Position numbers and translations under genes: made by a program. DNA of 64,000 bases from Methanothrix sp. (GTDB lineage: Archaea; Halobacteriota; Methanosarcinia; Methanotrichales; Methanotrichaceae): contig JAXGJB010000009.1 of NCBI GenBank assembly GCA_040770465.1, positions 9,808 through 73,807 on the forward strand. The letters are read 5' to 3'. Positions within the stretch are counted from its first letter, which is position 1; each line of letters starts with the position of its first letter. The notes beneath the pieces are model-generated. The model saw only the letters and a program-made list of their open reading frames with translations. It was not told the DNA's origin and made no database searches. Of this stretch, positions 27,903 through 36,873 are shown piece after piece.

Positions 27903-28365
27903 GAAGAGAGGGTCGGAGAAGAAGAGGGGCGGAAAAGTCCTGCAACCTTCCCACGTCGCTTTCCATCTCGCCCCTCCCTGTCGCCATCCCCAAAGGCGAC
28001 CTTTCATCGAGGCCGGAGGTCGCGGCTCCGATATCGCCCGAGAAAGGAGCCGCAAACGTCTCTTCCCTCTTGGAGTGTGGCGCGTACGGGCGGGACGGTC
28101 AATCGCCCTGCCCGATGGGCGGTCTTTAGACATTTTCCAACATACAATCCAGAATCTAAAAATTTTGTTCACCGGTTATTAGCTTGATGGAGGGAAAACG
28201 AAAAGTAGATTGAAAAACAGACCGGAGATCTTGACAAGTCATTGGGAGCGGTGGGGTTTAGGCGCCTTCGATGATTGTGGAGTAATCTAGATTGGAAAAG
28301 TCGGAGAGATGCGTAAGAGGCTGCAGGGGCGATTCCGAGATGGCATATCAATCCTTGAGGTTTTC

Positions 28366-30027
28366 ATGATCCGGGTTCTGATGGTGGACGACGACCCCTC
28401 AATTCTGGAGGTATCCGCCATATTCCTCGAGAGGGCCGGGGATATCAAGGTCGATGTGGCGGAGTCGGCGGCCGACGCCCTCCGGCGGCTTTTAGACGAG
28501 ACGAGGCCCTACGATGTGGTAATCTCCGATTACGCCATGCCCGAGATGGACGGGATCGCCTTTCTCAAGGCGGTACGAAGCCGGGACCCTCACATCCCCT
28601 TCATCCTCTTCACCGGAAAGAGCCGCGAAGAGGTGGTGATCGAGGCCCTGAACTCGGGCGCCGACTATTACATTCAAAAGGACGGAAACCCGAAGGTCCT
28701 CTTCACAGAGCTCTCCCATCAGATCAGGCAGGCTGCGGGCCGGGAGAAGGCGAGGAAGGCGGATCTGGTGCAGCGGGATCTGGCCCTGAAGCTCTCAGGG
28801 GCGACATCTCTATCAGTGGCTCTAAAGCTCTGCGTGAATGCGGCTATTGAGGTCTCCGAGACAGACTGCGGGACCATGTACCTTCTGGACAGAGCCACCG
28901 GTACCTACGTCCTCATCCACTCAACGGGATTCTCCCCTGAATACCTCGAGGCGATATCAAAACGAAGGCGAAACCCCAGCACATCCCTGATATCGAAGGC
29001 TGTAGAGCCGATCTACATCGGGTATCAGGACAAGAGCCTCCCCCTCCAGAAGGCCCGCGAGCAGGAGGGGCTCCGTGCCATGGCCGTGGTCCCCATTCAT
29101 CACGAGGGAGGGGTGATAGGTTATTACAGCGTCGGAACTCACACCTCTGACGAGGTCCCTCTCTCGGGACGCAGCGCCCTCGAGACGATCGCCGCCATCA
29201 CCGAAAACGCCATCTTCCGCCTACAGGCAGAGCAGGAGCTCAGGAAGAGCGAGGAGAACTACAGAGCCCTGGTGGAGGGGCAGACCGACCTGATCTGTCG
29301 CTTCTTCCCCGACGGGACGATCACCTTCGTCAACGAAGCTTACTGCCGCTACTTTAGAAAGAGCCGAACGGAGTTCGTCGGGCAGAGCATCTTCTGCCTG
29401 GTGCCCGAAGAGGTCCGAGAGAGGATTATAGAGAAGATGACCACCCTCACCAAAGATCGACCTACAACGACGTCTGTTCATAAGGCGATCCTGCCCGAAG
29501 GCGATGTGCGCTGGCTTCAGTGGACGGACCGGGCGATCCTGGACGACTGCGGAACGATCGTCGAGTTCCAGTCGTCCGGAGAGGATGTAACCAATTTAAA
29601 GGTCGCTGAAGTGGCCCTTAAAGAGAGCGAGGAGCGGCTGAAGATGGCCGTCGAGGGAGGAAAACTGGGGATCTGGGACTGGAATCTGGTGACGGGAGAG
29701 GAGACGTTCAACGAGAAATGGGCCGATATTCTCGGCTACTCCCGCCAGGATCTGGAGAAAACTCTCGGGATCTGGGGCCGGCTCATCCATCCCGACGACC
29801 GGGCAGAGGCGAAAAGAGCCCTCAACGACCACCTGGCGGGGCTGACCCCATACTGTGAGACGGAGCTCCGGATGATGTCCAAGGACGGGCGCTGGGTCTG
29901 GATACACGGCCGAGGGAAAGTGGTATCGAAAGATGGGAACGGCCGCCCCACCAGGGTGATCGGCGTCATCCAGGACTTAAACGAGACCCGAAGGTTCCGG
30001 GAGCCTCTCCAGCAAACAAAAAGCTGA
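28366..30027 (+). CDS. Receiver-GAF-PAS-PAS signalling protein
   Basis: VDDD, ISDYAMPEMDG, YIQK receiver; GAF (AVVPIHHEGGVIG); two PAS/PAC domains; no kinase or HTH domain seen. Confidence 0.88.
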   Translation: MIRVLMVDDDPSILEVSAIFLERAGDIKVDVAESAADALRRLLDETRPYDVVISDYAMPEMDGIAFLKAVRSRDPHIPFILFTGKSREEVVIEALNSGADYYIQKDGNPKVLFTELSHQIRQAAGREKARKADLVQRDLALKLSGATSLSVALKLCVNAAIEVSETDCGTMYLLDRATGTYVLIHSTGFSPEYLEAISKRRRNPSTSLISKAVEPIYIGYQDKSLPLQKAREQEGLRAMAVVPIHHEGGVIGYYSVGTHTSDEVPLSGRSALETIAAITENAIFRLQAEQELRKSEENYRALVEGQTDLICRFFPDGTITFVNEAYCRYFRKSRTEFVGQSIFCLVPEEVRERIIEKMTTLTKDRPTTTSVHKAILPEGDVRWLQWTDRAILDDCGTIVEFQSSGEDVTNLKVAEVALKESEERLKMAVEGGKLGIWDWNLVTGEETFNEKWADILGYSRQDLEKTLGIWGRLIHPDDRAEAKRALNDHLAGLTPYCETELRMMSKDGRWVWIHGRGKVVSKDGNGRPTRVIGVIQDLNETRRFREPLQQTKS

Positions 30028-30109
30028 ACATCCTTGCAGGGGTAACCGCCACCTTTTGGGCGGTTTATCATCACAACCTTTTTATCCAGACCGACCTCTC
30101 AAACCGTCC

Positions 30110-30391
30110 ATGACGAAACAGGTCCACGCAGCCCACATACTTGTAAAAACAGATAAGAAAGCGAAGGAGATCATCGAGAGGATCAACAAGGGCGAAAGCT
30201 TCGCGGAGATGGCCCGGAAGTACTCCGACTGCCCCTCGGCGAAGAACAAGGGCGACCTCGGCTGGTTCGGCAAGGGTAAGATGGTCCCCGAGTTCGAGAA
30301 GGCAGCCTTCGATGGGGAGAAGGGAAAGATGGTCGGCCCTGTGAAGACCGATTTTGGATATCATATAATAAAGATTCTGGATAAAAAATAA
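30110..30391 (+). CDS. ppiC: Parvulin-type peptidyl-prolyl isomerase
   Basis: AAHILV, FAEMARKYSDCPS, GDLGWF, MVPEFE, FGYHII. Confidence 0.93.
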   Translation: MTKQVHAAHILVKTDKKAKEIIERINKGESFAEMARKYSDCPSAKNKGDLGWFGKGKMVPEFEKAAFDGEKGKMVGPVKTDFGYHIIKILDKK

Positions 30392-30612
30392 ATAACTGAT
30401 TCCGACCGGAGATCTCTTCAAAGAGGCTGGACTGGGATGATCACGCTTCAGGTTGCCTCATTTTCTCGCAAGGAATGGCTCAAAAAATGGGCCCAGATCG
30501 TGCTGGGCGAAAATTTGGAGCTTCGCAAATGGGCAGAGGCCGCGGCCCAGATCCCAGATATCCGGGCCGTCCTCTTCCCTGAAAGATCGTCCTCCTTCTC
30601 CTCATCTGGCCT

Positions 30613-31539
30613 TCAGCTCAGGCTCTCCATGGTGGCGAGGCTCGCGTCGTACCCATGGGTGTACAGAGCGTACCAGACTATCGAGGCAACGCCTCCCTTT
30701 CCGCTGGAGTAGACCACCACCGGTCTCTCCTGGTTGAGGCCGCTGAAGGCAGAGGCGAGAGCCTCGTCGTCGGCAAGAAGGCCATCCGCATCCAGGATCG
30801 CCGAGCTGTCGATGTTGATCGCCCCGTCCAGGTGGTCGGCGGCGTACTCCGTGGGGCTCCTGGCGTCCACTAGCTGCCCATCAGCGGGGAGAGCGTCGGT
30901 GAGGAGGCCGAGGTTCGGCTCCGGGTTGTATACGGCGCCAGCCCTGGGTGTGGGGGTCGCGACGAACTCGAGCCCCGCAGCCACGTGGTCGGCCCTCGTC
31001 CCCTCAAGAAGGACGACGTCCTGGTGGCCCAGGTATTTCATGACCCAGAAGGCGAAGGTCTGGTATACGAAATTGTCCCCGTAGATGACCAGGGGATCGA
31101 CTTCGCTGATCCCGGCTGCCCCGAGGAGGAGCGCGATCTCGTCGGGCGACTTCAGGGTTCCATTATCGGCGAAGACCTGATCGAGGGGCAGGAGAATCGA
31201 TCCCTCGATGAAAGAGGCCTCCCCGGGGACTCCGGCGTAGGCCATTACCATCCTTTTTTCACCGATCTGATCGGCATATAGCGCCGAAGGGGCGATGGAC
31301 GGCAAAGGCTCGTTCGATAATGCCCCAACCTCCCCCCCTTCGCCTTCCGAGACCGTCTCTTCTGAGGTGGTCGTTTTCGAGAGCTCATCTGCCCAGGAGA
31401 TGCCCATAGAATCTGCTCCCGCCCAGCCTGAGGCACTTCCGGCGCCGCAGCTGGCGCATGCAGAAGCTCCGCCCACCAGGGCGGCTGCGAGCATCATTAC
31501 CGCCATAATCTTTGATAAAAGCCTTACTTCATTTTGCAT
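30613..31539 (-). CDS. Secreted tandem rhodanese-domain protein
   Basis: Signal peptide then CASCG; IEGSI, LVDARSPTEYAADHLDGAINI. Confidence 0.82.
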   Translation of the reverse strand: MQNEVRLLSKIMAVMMLAAALVGGASACASCGAGSASGWAGADSMGISWADELSKTTTSEETVSEGEGGEVGALSNEPLPSIAPSALYADQIGEKRMVMAYAGVPGEASFIEGSILLPLDQVFADNGTLKSPDEIALLLGAAGISEVDPLVIYGDNFVYQTFAFWVMKYLGHQDVVLLEGTRADHVAAGLEFVATPTPRAGAVYNPEPNLGLLTDALPADGQLVDARSPTEYAADHLDGAINIDSSAILDADGLLADDEALASAFSGLNQERPVVVYSSGKGGVASIVWYALYTHGYDASLATMESLS

Positions 31540-32066
31540 ACCGATCTCCTCCACAAGATGATCCAGATCATAACTCCGTTTAAATGAAAGCCCTTCGAAG
31601 CAGAAGCTCGAGAGAAAGAACGTTCAGCCCTCAGGTTATAATCTTCCGATGATCGCGATCCTCTCCTTCCCGGCCTTCGGCCTTGAAGTCGGATTTCGCA
31701 TCCTCTGCTCCTGTTTTGGCATATAGCAGTTCTCTTCGCCCCAATCCCTCAATAGCTCCCCCTTATCGGGGGCCCATCTCAAGAACGATCCTCCTTCGAT
31801 CTCCATATTTATCATTGATTCGGTCGGACTCCATAAATGCCCTGGTGAATACCGCCCTCATGGCGCGTCCGCCCCTCCTTCCAGCGCCGCGGATCGGAAG
31901 TGGGAGGTCGAATCAACGTTGTCGTCCTTCGCAGAGCCTCAAAGTCCAGGAGGAGCTGAGCAAGTATAGATCGCGATCTTCTGCCGAATGCCCCCCCGGT
32001 GAAGGAGGGCAGAGGGTGGGGGTCGATTGGGATGGAGAGGCCTGAGAAAAGAAGTTAAATCTCCGG

Positions 32067-32636
32067 ATGGCATTCCGAGCGACTGGAGCTGGAACTTTGT
32101 CGTCTATCGACGCGATCAATCTCGCATTGGCCGTCATCCTGGCGGCCCATCTCGGCGGGCCCGCCATGGGTGAATCTGTCCTGGCCCACACAATCGGATC
32201 AGGTCCTGAGGACTGGTGGATAGAGTACCCCGATCAGCATCCGAACGCCGGGTCCGCGGTGGACCACCCCACCTGGGCCCTCGATCCGCTGGAGGAGAAG
32301 CCGCTGATCATGCTGATCCACAGCTCGGGCTGTTCTGCCTGCATCAAGCAGGAGGAGGACATACAAGAGGTTCTGAGGGATCTAGGCGACGATGTTTCCT
32401 ATCTGGACGTACTCTACGATGATGATATTGATAAGACCTGGACTGCACTGGAGATCTACGATCCGACAGGCGATCCCGGAAATGTTCCTGTGACCGTCCT
32501 GTTGACCCTCGCACCCGGAGACGACGGCGATCTCGAGGTAGCCTGGCACAGCTACCTCGGCTCGCGAGGAGAGGAGCGGATAAGATCGTATCTCAACGAC
32601 GCCATCGTCCTCTACGAAGAGAACTCCGAGGGCTGA
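32067..32636 (+). CDS. Exported thioredoxin-fold protein (CSAC)
   Basis: N-terminal hydrophobic segment; HSSGCSACIKQ; cis-Pro-like VPVT. Confidence 0.78.
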   Translation: MAFRATGAGTLSSIDAINLALAVILAAHLGGPAMGESVLAHTIGSGPEDWWIEYPDQHPNAGSAVDHPTWALDPLEEKPLIMLIHSSGCSACIKQEEDIQEVLRDLGDDVSYLDVLYDDDIDKTWTALEIYDPTGDPGNVPVTVLLTLAPGDDGDLEVAWHSYLGSRGEERIRSYLNDAIVLYEENSEG

Positions 32637-32650
32637 GGACGGCGAGATCT

Positions 32651-33318
32651 GTGAACCTAGCGGGAACGAAGGCCCCGATCCAGGGCATGGCGTTGTTTCT
32701 GGTCCTCCCCTGCCTTGTATTCTGCCTCCTGATATTCTGCCTTATTCCACCCTCGTTCGCGGCGTCGGACGCGCCCGGGGACGAAGGCTTCGCGCCGGAC
32801 TTCGAGGCGTTGGACATTGACGGGAATTTCGTCAAGCTTTCGGAACTCCGGGGTCAACCCCTCATCCTCCACATAACAAACATAGAGGTCCCCATCTGCA
32901 TCGAATGTGAGGAGGCTATAAGGGGCCAGGTCGAAGAGCTATCGAGGCTGGCGAGGGCGAATCCGGACGCTGAGATTGTAACCATAAACTTGAGGAAGAA
33001 CCCTTACTCCAAGGATGGGAGAACCCTCGCCGAATCCTGGTGGGGGGTCGAGATCCCCTGGTCCTGGATCGAGGACTTCGATCCTTATCCCGCAGCCGGA
33101 AAGTACATCGATTACTGGAGCCGGCATGGCGGATTTGCCAACCCCACATTAATCATCGTCGATGATGACGGCCGGATCTCGGAGGTATATCAAGTCTATC
33201 TCATGGGAGAAGGGATGGTGGACGGCGTCAAGACCGCCGAATCCCTCAAAAGCGCCTGCGATAGGGCCGCAGACGTTGAGGATGGTCCCGGGGCAGGCGG
33301 GCCCCTCGACGCCCCCCC
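32651..33318 (+). CDS. Exported redoxin (AhpC/TlpA-like) domain; probable 5' part of a frameshifted redoxin-CcdA fusion
   Basis: APDFEALDIDGNFVKLSELRGQP, PICIEC, PTLIIVDDDG; after 33318 the frame reads as low-plausibility sequence. Confidence 0.7.
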
Positions 33319-33319
33319 G

Positions 33320-34085
33320 CGAGGTGACCTTCGTCGGGATGTTCGGCCTTGGGATCGTAACGTCCCTTGCACCCTGCTCCATCGCCCTCTTGATCGCCGT
33401 CTTCAGCTACCTGATGACGTCTCATCGAAGCAGGATACTGGCCCCCGACGGGGGGAACTCCTCGCCAAGAGAGGGGTTTCTGATAGGGGTGGCTTTCACC
33501 CTGGGGATGGCGGTGGTCTTCTTCTTCATCGGCCTGTTCATATCAAACCTGGGGATCTTCGTGAGAAGCTCCCGGTTCTTCGATCTGGCTGCCGGGGTGC
33601 TGATGATAATCCTGGGGATATCCAGCTTCAAACCCCTCGGCGAGATCCTGGAGCCGCTAACGGTTCGTCTCCGGCGCCGAAAGGGCGTCGAGGAAGAGGT
33701 GAGGATGAAGAAGAGCATCATGGAGCAGTTCATAAACATCTCCGTCGGCCTCTTCAAGTACTCCGCCTTCGTCGGGGCCTTCACCCTGGGGGTCTTCTTC
33801 GCCCTGGGATGGGCCCCATGCGCCATATCTCTCGTCTTTCCCGTCCTCATCTGGCTCTTGGCTCAGAACGTATCCCCGATCACTGGCGGTCTATTGCTCT
33901 TCGTCTTTGGTGTGGGCCACGGCGTTCCCATAATACCCATATCCACCTTCTCCCGCTCCTTCTGCGGAGCCATCGGCGAGAGGTACATCGCCTTTGGAAA
34001 GTGGATCACGGGAGGTTTCGGAGTCCTGATCATAGTGACGGGGGTGGTATTTGCGGCCAGGTACTTCGGCTACACTTTCTGGTGA
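33320..34085 (+). CDS. ccdA: CcdA/DsbD-beta transmembrane electron transporter; probable 3' part of frameshifted fusion
   Basis: GIVTSLAPCSI and FALGWAPCA motifs; multiple TM helices. Confidence 0.8.
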
Positions 34086-34141
34086 GCCCGATTTTCCGTC
34101 AGGCGCTTCGGCTACACCTTCTGATAAGCCCGATTATCCGT
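34058..34141. repeat. 42-bp imperfect tandem duplication spanning ccdA stop
   Basis: CAGGTACTTCGGCTACACTTTCTGGTGAGCCCGATTTTCCGT / CAGGCGCTTCGGCTACACCTTCTGATAAGCCCGATTATCCGT. Confidence 0.85.
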
Positions 34142-34284
34142 CCAGGTCCCTGGGTCTTCTCAAACGTCTCCCCCTTCAGGGATGGGGGGACGGCCTGCAA
34201 AATAGCCTGTCGCCCCTCATCAAAAGGAATAAATGGTAATAATTCAAAGACCCGCCTCATAAGAACAGGGAGGTTAGGTTATCC

Positions 34285-34698
34285 ATGAAAATAATTTTGA
34301 CGGCACTGATCATCGCCACGCTCCTGGTGGGGATGGGCGCAGTAGCCAAAACTCCTATTGATCTGAGCACCTTAGACGATAAGGCGGAGATAAAGTCCAG
34401 CATGACCCCCATGGTCATATCATACACCCCAGACGTGCCGAAGACCACCATGAACGCCGTTGACGTGAGGACCCTGGGCAGAAGCTTCGGAACCTTTGCA
34501 GGCTCCAGCATGGAGCCCCTGGAGATCGGCGCCTCAAACCCCATAACCGTCACGCCCGGCTTCTCGATATCCAAGAGCAACAGGACCCTATCGATGGTAA
34601 CGGTTTATACGCCGCCCTTCTCTATATCCAAGAGCAACAGGACCCTTTCTCAGGTGACGACTTGGACTCCGGAATTCTCGATCTTCGGAGGAGCGTGA
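34285..34698 (+). CDS. Small secreted protein with 19-aa C-terminal repeats
   Basis: GGAGGT RBS, signal peptide, TPxFSISKSNRTLSxVT repeated. Confidence 0.8.
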   Translation: MKIILTALIIATLLVGMGAVAKTPIDLSTLDDKAEIKSSMTPMVISYTPDVPKTTMNAVDVRTLGRSFGTFAGSSMEPLEIGASNPITVTPGFSISKSNRTLSMVTVYTPPFSISKSNRTLSQVTTWTPEFSIFGGA

Positions 34699-34777
34699 AG
34701 GCCCCAAACCGGGCCTTCACGAGATCGAAGGACTCCAGTTTGAGCGGATCGGCTTCTGAGATGGGAGTGGAGCAATT

Positions 34778-34942
34778 TTGACAGTCAGGCTGGTGGTGGA
34801 CGGGACCGCGATCCCCATGAACCACTTCACCCAGGAGATCATGGAGAAGGTCGTATCGGGTGTTGCCGAGTCCCTGCGGGGAGTGGATCCCCAATGGAAG
34901 AGGATGGTCGTAGAGGTGGAGCGGGACGAACAGACGGGATGA
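34778..34942 (+). CDS. 54-aa conserved-looking small protein (not in ORF track)
   Basis: TTG after GGAG: MTVRLVVDGTAIPMNHFTQEIMEKVVSGVAESLRGVDPQWKRMVVEVERDEQTG*; fills gap between convergent genes. Confidence 0.7.
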   Translation: MTVRLVVDGTAIPMNHFTQEIMEKVVSGVAESLRGVDPQWKRMVVEVERDEQTG

Positions 34943-34948
34943 TCGGCT

Positions 34949-35497
34949 TCAGCTCTTTTTGGACTTTTTGAAGGCCGATGAGAGGTCTATGAGGTAGGTT
35001 CCCTCTTTTATGGCCATCACCAGCTCTTCTCGCTCGAAGAGGGACGGGAGGTTCAGCTCGTAGGTGCCCGGCTCCGGCATCCTGATGCTCTCCAGCGATT
35101 TGTCTTCATCGATACTCCGTTTTTGAGATCCCTGCTCGGGCGGGTTTTTTGATCTCTCCGTTCTCGGATCCAGATCGAAGAATCCAAGGGTTCCCTTCCC
35201 CTTTTTTCTCGGCTTCCCTTTCCGGACCGCCCCTTCTTTCCGTCCTCCTTCGGGACGACCAGCCTTCTTATCCCGGCTCGGAGCTTTTTTATCCTTCTCG
35301 CGAATCGAATCGGCGGCCTCCGGCCGGAGCTTATCGGTACCACCGATCTGGGAAGCCTGCAGCGCACCCTGACCCTCTCCTATCTTATCTCTGGACTTGA
35401 CGAAGAGGAACTTCTTCCAGCCGCAGACGGGACATCCCTCCAGGACGTCCATGCCGTCCTCGAAGACGCTCCTGCATCGGGTGCACATGTGGGGCAT
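34949..35497 (-). CDS. oapC: Zn-ribbon protein OapC (DUF2072)
   Basis: MPHMCTRC...GCPVCGWKKF; ESIRMPEPGTYELNL. Confidence 0.85.
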   Translation of the reverse strand: MPHMCTRCRSVFEDGMDVLEGCPVCGWKKFLFVKSRDKIGEGQGALQASQIGGTDKLRPEAADSIREKDKKAPSRDKKAGRPEGGRKEGAVRKGKPRKKGKGTLGFFDLDPRTERSKNPPEQGSQKRSIDEDKSLESIRMPEPGTYELNLPSLFEREELVMAIKEGTYLIDLSSAFKKSKKS

Positions 35498-35502
35498 GCT
35501 GG

Positions 35503-35868
35503 TCAGTCACCGACCGAGACCTTGGTGCTGATCTGGTACTTGTCCTTCTCAACGGTCCGGAGCTGGTTTGCGGGCCCGATGACGGTCATCCTCGTCTTCA
35601 ACCCGGGCTTGCCGAGGATCTTGTTTATAAATGTTGATTCGTTCTTGACGGGGTAGCTCTCGATCTCTATCCCGGAGAACTCGTCGAGGCGGATCTCGGT
35701 CATCGTCATCTCGATCAGCTTGACCTCCTCCTCCGGGGTCAGGCCCAGCTCCAGCACCACGATGTTTCCCCTCTTGACCTTGCTCAGTATGAGCCGGATC
35801 TTCTCCATGGAGGACATGGACTCCAGCCTCTCGGCCGAGATCAGATCCATCTGTACTTCCCGCATCAT
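35503..35868 (-). CDS. oapB: OapB (DUF2073) protein
   Basis: SMEKIRLIL..V..GNIVVLE.GLTPEEE; FSGIEIESYP; TVIGPAN. Confidence 0.85.
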   Translation of the reverse strand: MMREVQMDLISAERLESMSSMEKIRLILSKVKRGNIVVLELGLTPEEEVKLIEMTMTEIRLDEFSGIEIESYPVKNESTFINKILGKPGLKTRMTVIGPANQLRTVEKDKYQISTKVSVGD

Positions 35869-35869
35869 C

Positions 35870-36505
35870 TCACCCGAAGTGCCTCGCTATGGCCGCATAC
35901 AGCTCATCGATGTTCGATCCTTCCAGGGCGGAGATGGGTACAAGGGGGTGTTGGGGAAAGGCCGACTTGATCCTGGAAGGAGAGGCCTTGGGCAGATCCA
36001 TCTTGTTGGCCACGATCAAGAGAGGGAGTTTCCTCGCCTCCATATTTCCCACCACCGTTACGTTCACCTGAGTGTAGGGGTCCTCTGTGGAGTCCATCAC
36101 CAGAAGGATGCCGTCCAGGTCCTCCAGCCATTTTATGGCCTCGATGACCCCCTCAGTCGCCTCCTTGGCTCTCCTCTTGGCCTCCTCCTCCTCCAGCCCA
36201 AAAGCCATGAACTCCCTGAAATCGATCTTCGTGGCCATCCCCGGCGTGTCGACTATGTCCAGCTCGACGCTCGATCCGTTGGCGTTGATCATCACGCCGT
36301 CCGTCCTCATGGCCCTCCTCGTCTCGTGAGGGATGTTGGAGACTCCGCCGATATCCATCCCGCTCCAGTCCTTGACGATCCTGTTTGCGAGGGTGGTCTT
36401 TCCGGCGTTGGGCGGACCGTATATGCCAATTCGAGCCCTCTTTTTGCCGAAGATCCCTTTTATCCAGACGGCAAAGTTCATCTTTAGACTTCTGATGACG
36501 CTCAT
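35870..36505 (-). CDS. oapA: Era-like small GTPase OapA
   Basis: GPPNAGKTT, DTPG, NKMD, ISAL. Confidence 0.88.
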   Translation of the reverse strand: MSVIRSLKMNFAVWIKGIFGKKRARIGIYGPPNAGKTTLANRIVKDWSGMDIGGVSNIPHETRRAMRTDGVMINANGSSVELDIVDTPGMATKIDFREFMAFGLEEEEAKRRAKEATEGVIEAIKWLEDLDGILLVMDSTEDPYTQVNVTVVGNMEARKLPLLIVANKMDLPKASPSRIKSAFPQHPLVPISALEGSNIDELYAAIARHFG

Positions 36506-36873
36506 GCCCAATCCTCTTGATGAAAGATGATCATGTATGTACTAATAATTTTCCACCGCTTTTTTTATAGTCATCGATCCAAAATGAATTCCGGCGGTTT
36601 CTCGGAATTTCGATGGCTTCTGATCTTTTGGTCAGGTTTTCGCCCCGGAAGATCGACACAGAAGCCAATGGTCTTGACTTTTGAGATGAGATGTAACCAG
36701 CCAGATCGGTCCTCGATATGAGGGCATGGACCGGAACGCCGAGGGACTGAGATGGCCGACGCGGGAATGGGGCGAAATAGAACGGTCCCGGCTCAGGAGA
36801 GGGCGGCTAGAAAGGGATGGCCCGTTGCTCCTTTCTGGGGGATCCTCACCAGGGTCCGTCTGCCGCTGGCCCC

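Noticed and set aside
26829-28172. Long antisense ORFs (447 aa here; also 36817-37962, 49656-50783, 23515-24516, 51637-52611, 44554-45543)
   Set aside because: Shadow ORFs opposite well-supported genes, expected in high-GC DNA; no recognisable motifs.
27899-28300. 76-aa ORF or structured RNA after ino1
   Set aside because: Low-complexity purine/pyrimidine tracts only; no convincing coding or structural signal.
31560-32060. 500-bp intergenic region as an ncRNA, or ORF 31683-32045 as a gene
   Set aside because: No tRNA or recognisable RNA motif; the ORF has atypical composition; likely a divergent promoter region.
33319-34288. C-terminal part of the 545-aa ORF 32651-34288 as a real protein or overlapping gene
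   Set aside because: Arg/Pro/His-rich off-frame read of ccdA; best explained by the frameshift near the C7 run.
36510-36870. Replication origin beside oapA
   Set aside because: No repeated ORB-like motif recognised and no cdc6/orc1 gene in the window.
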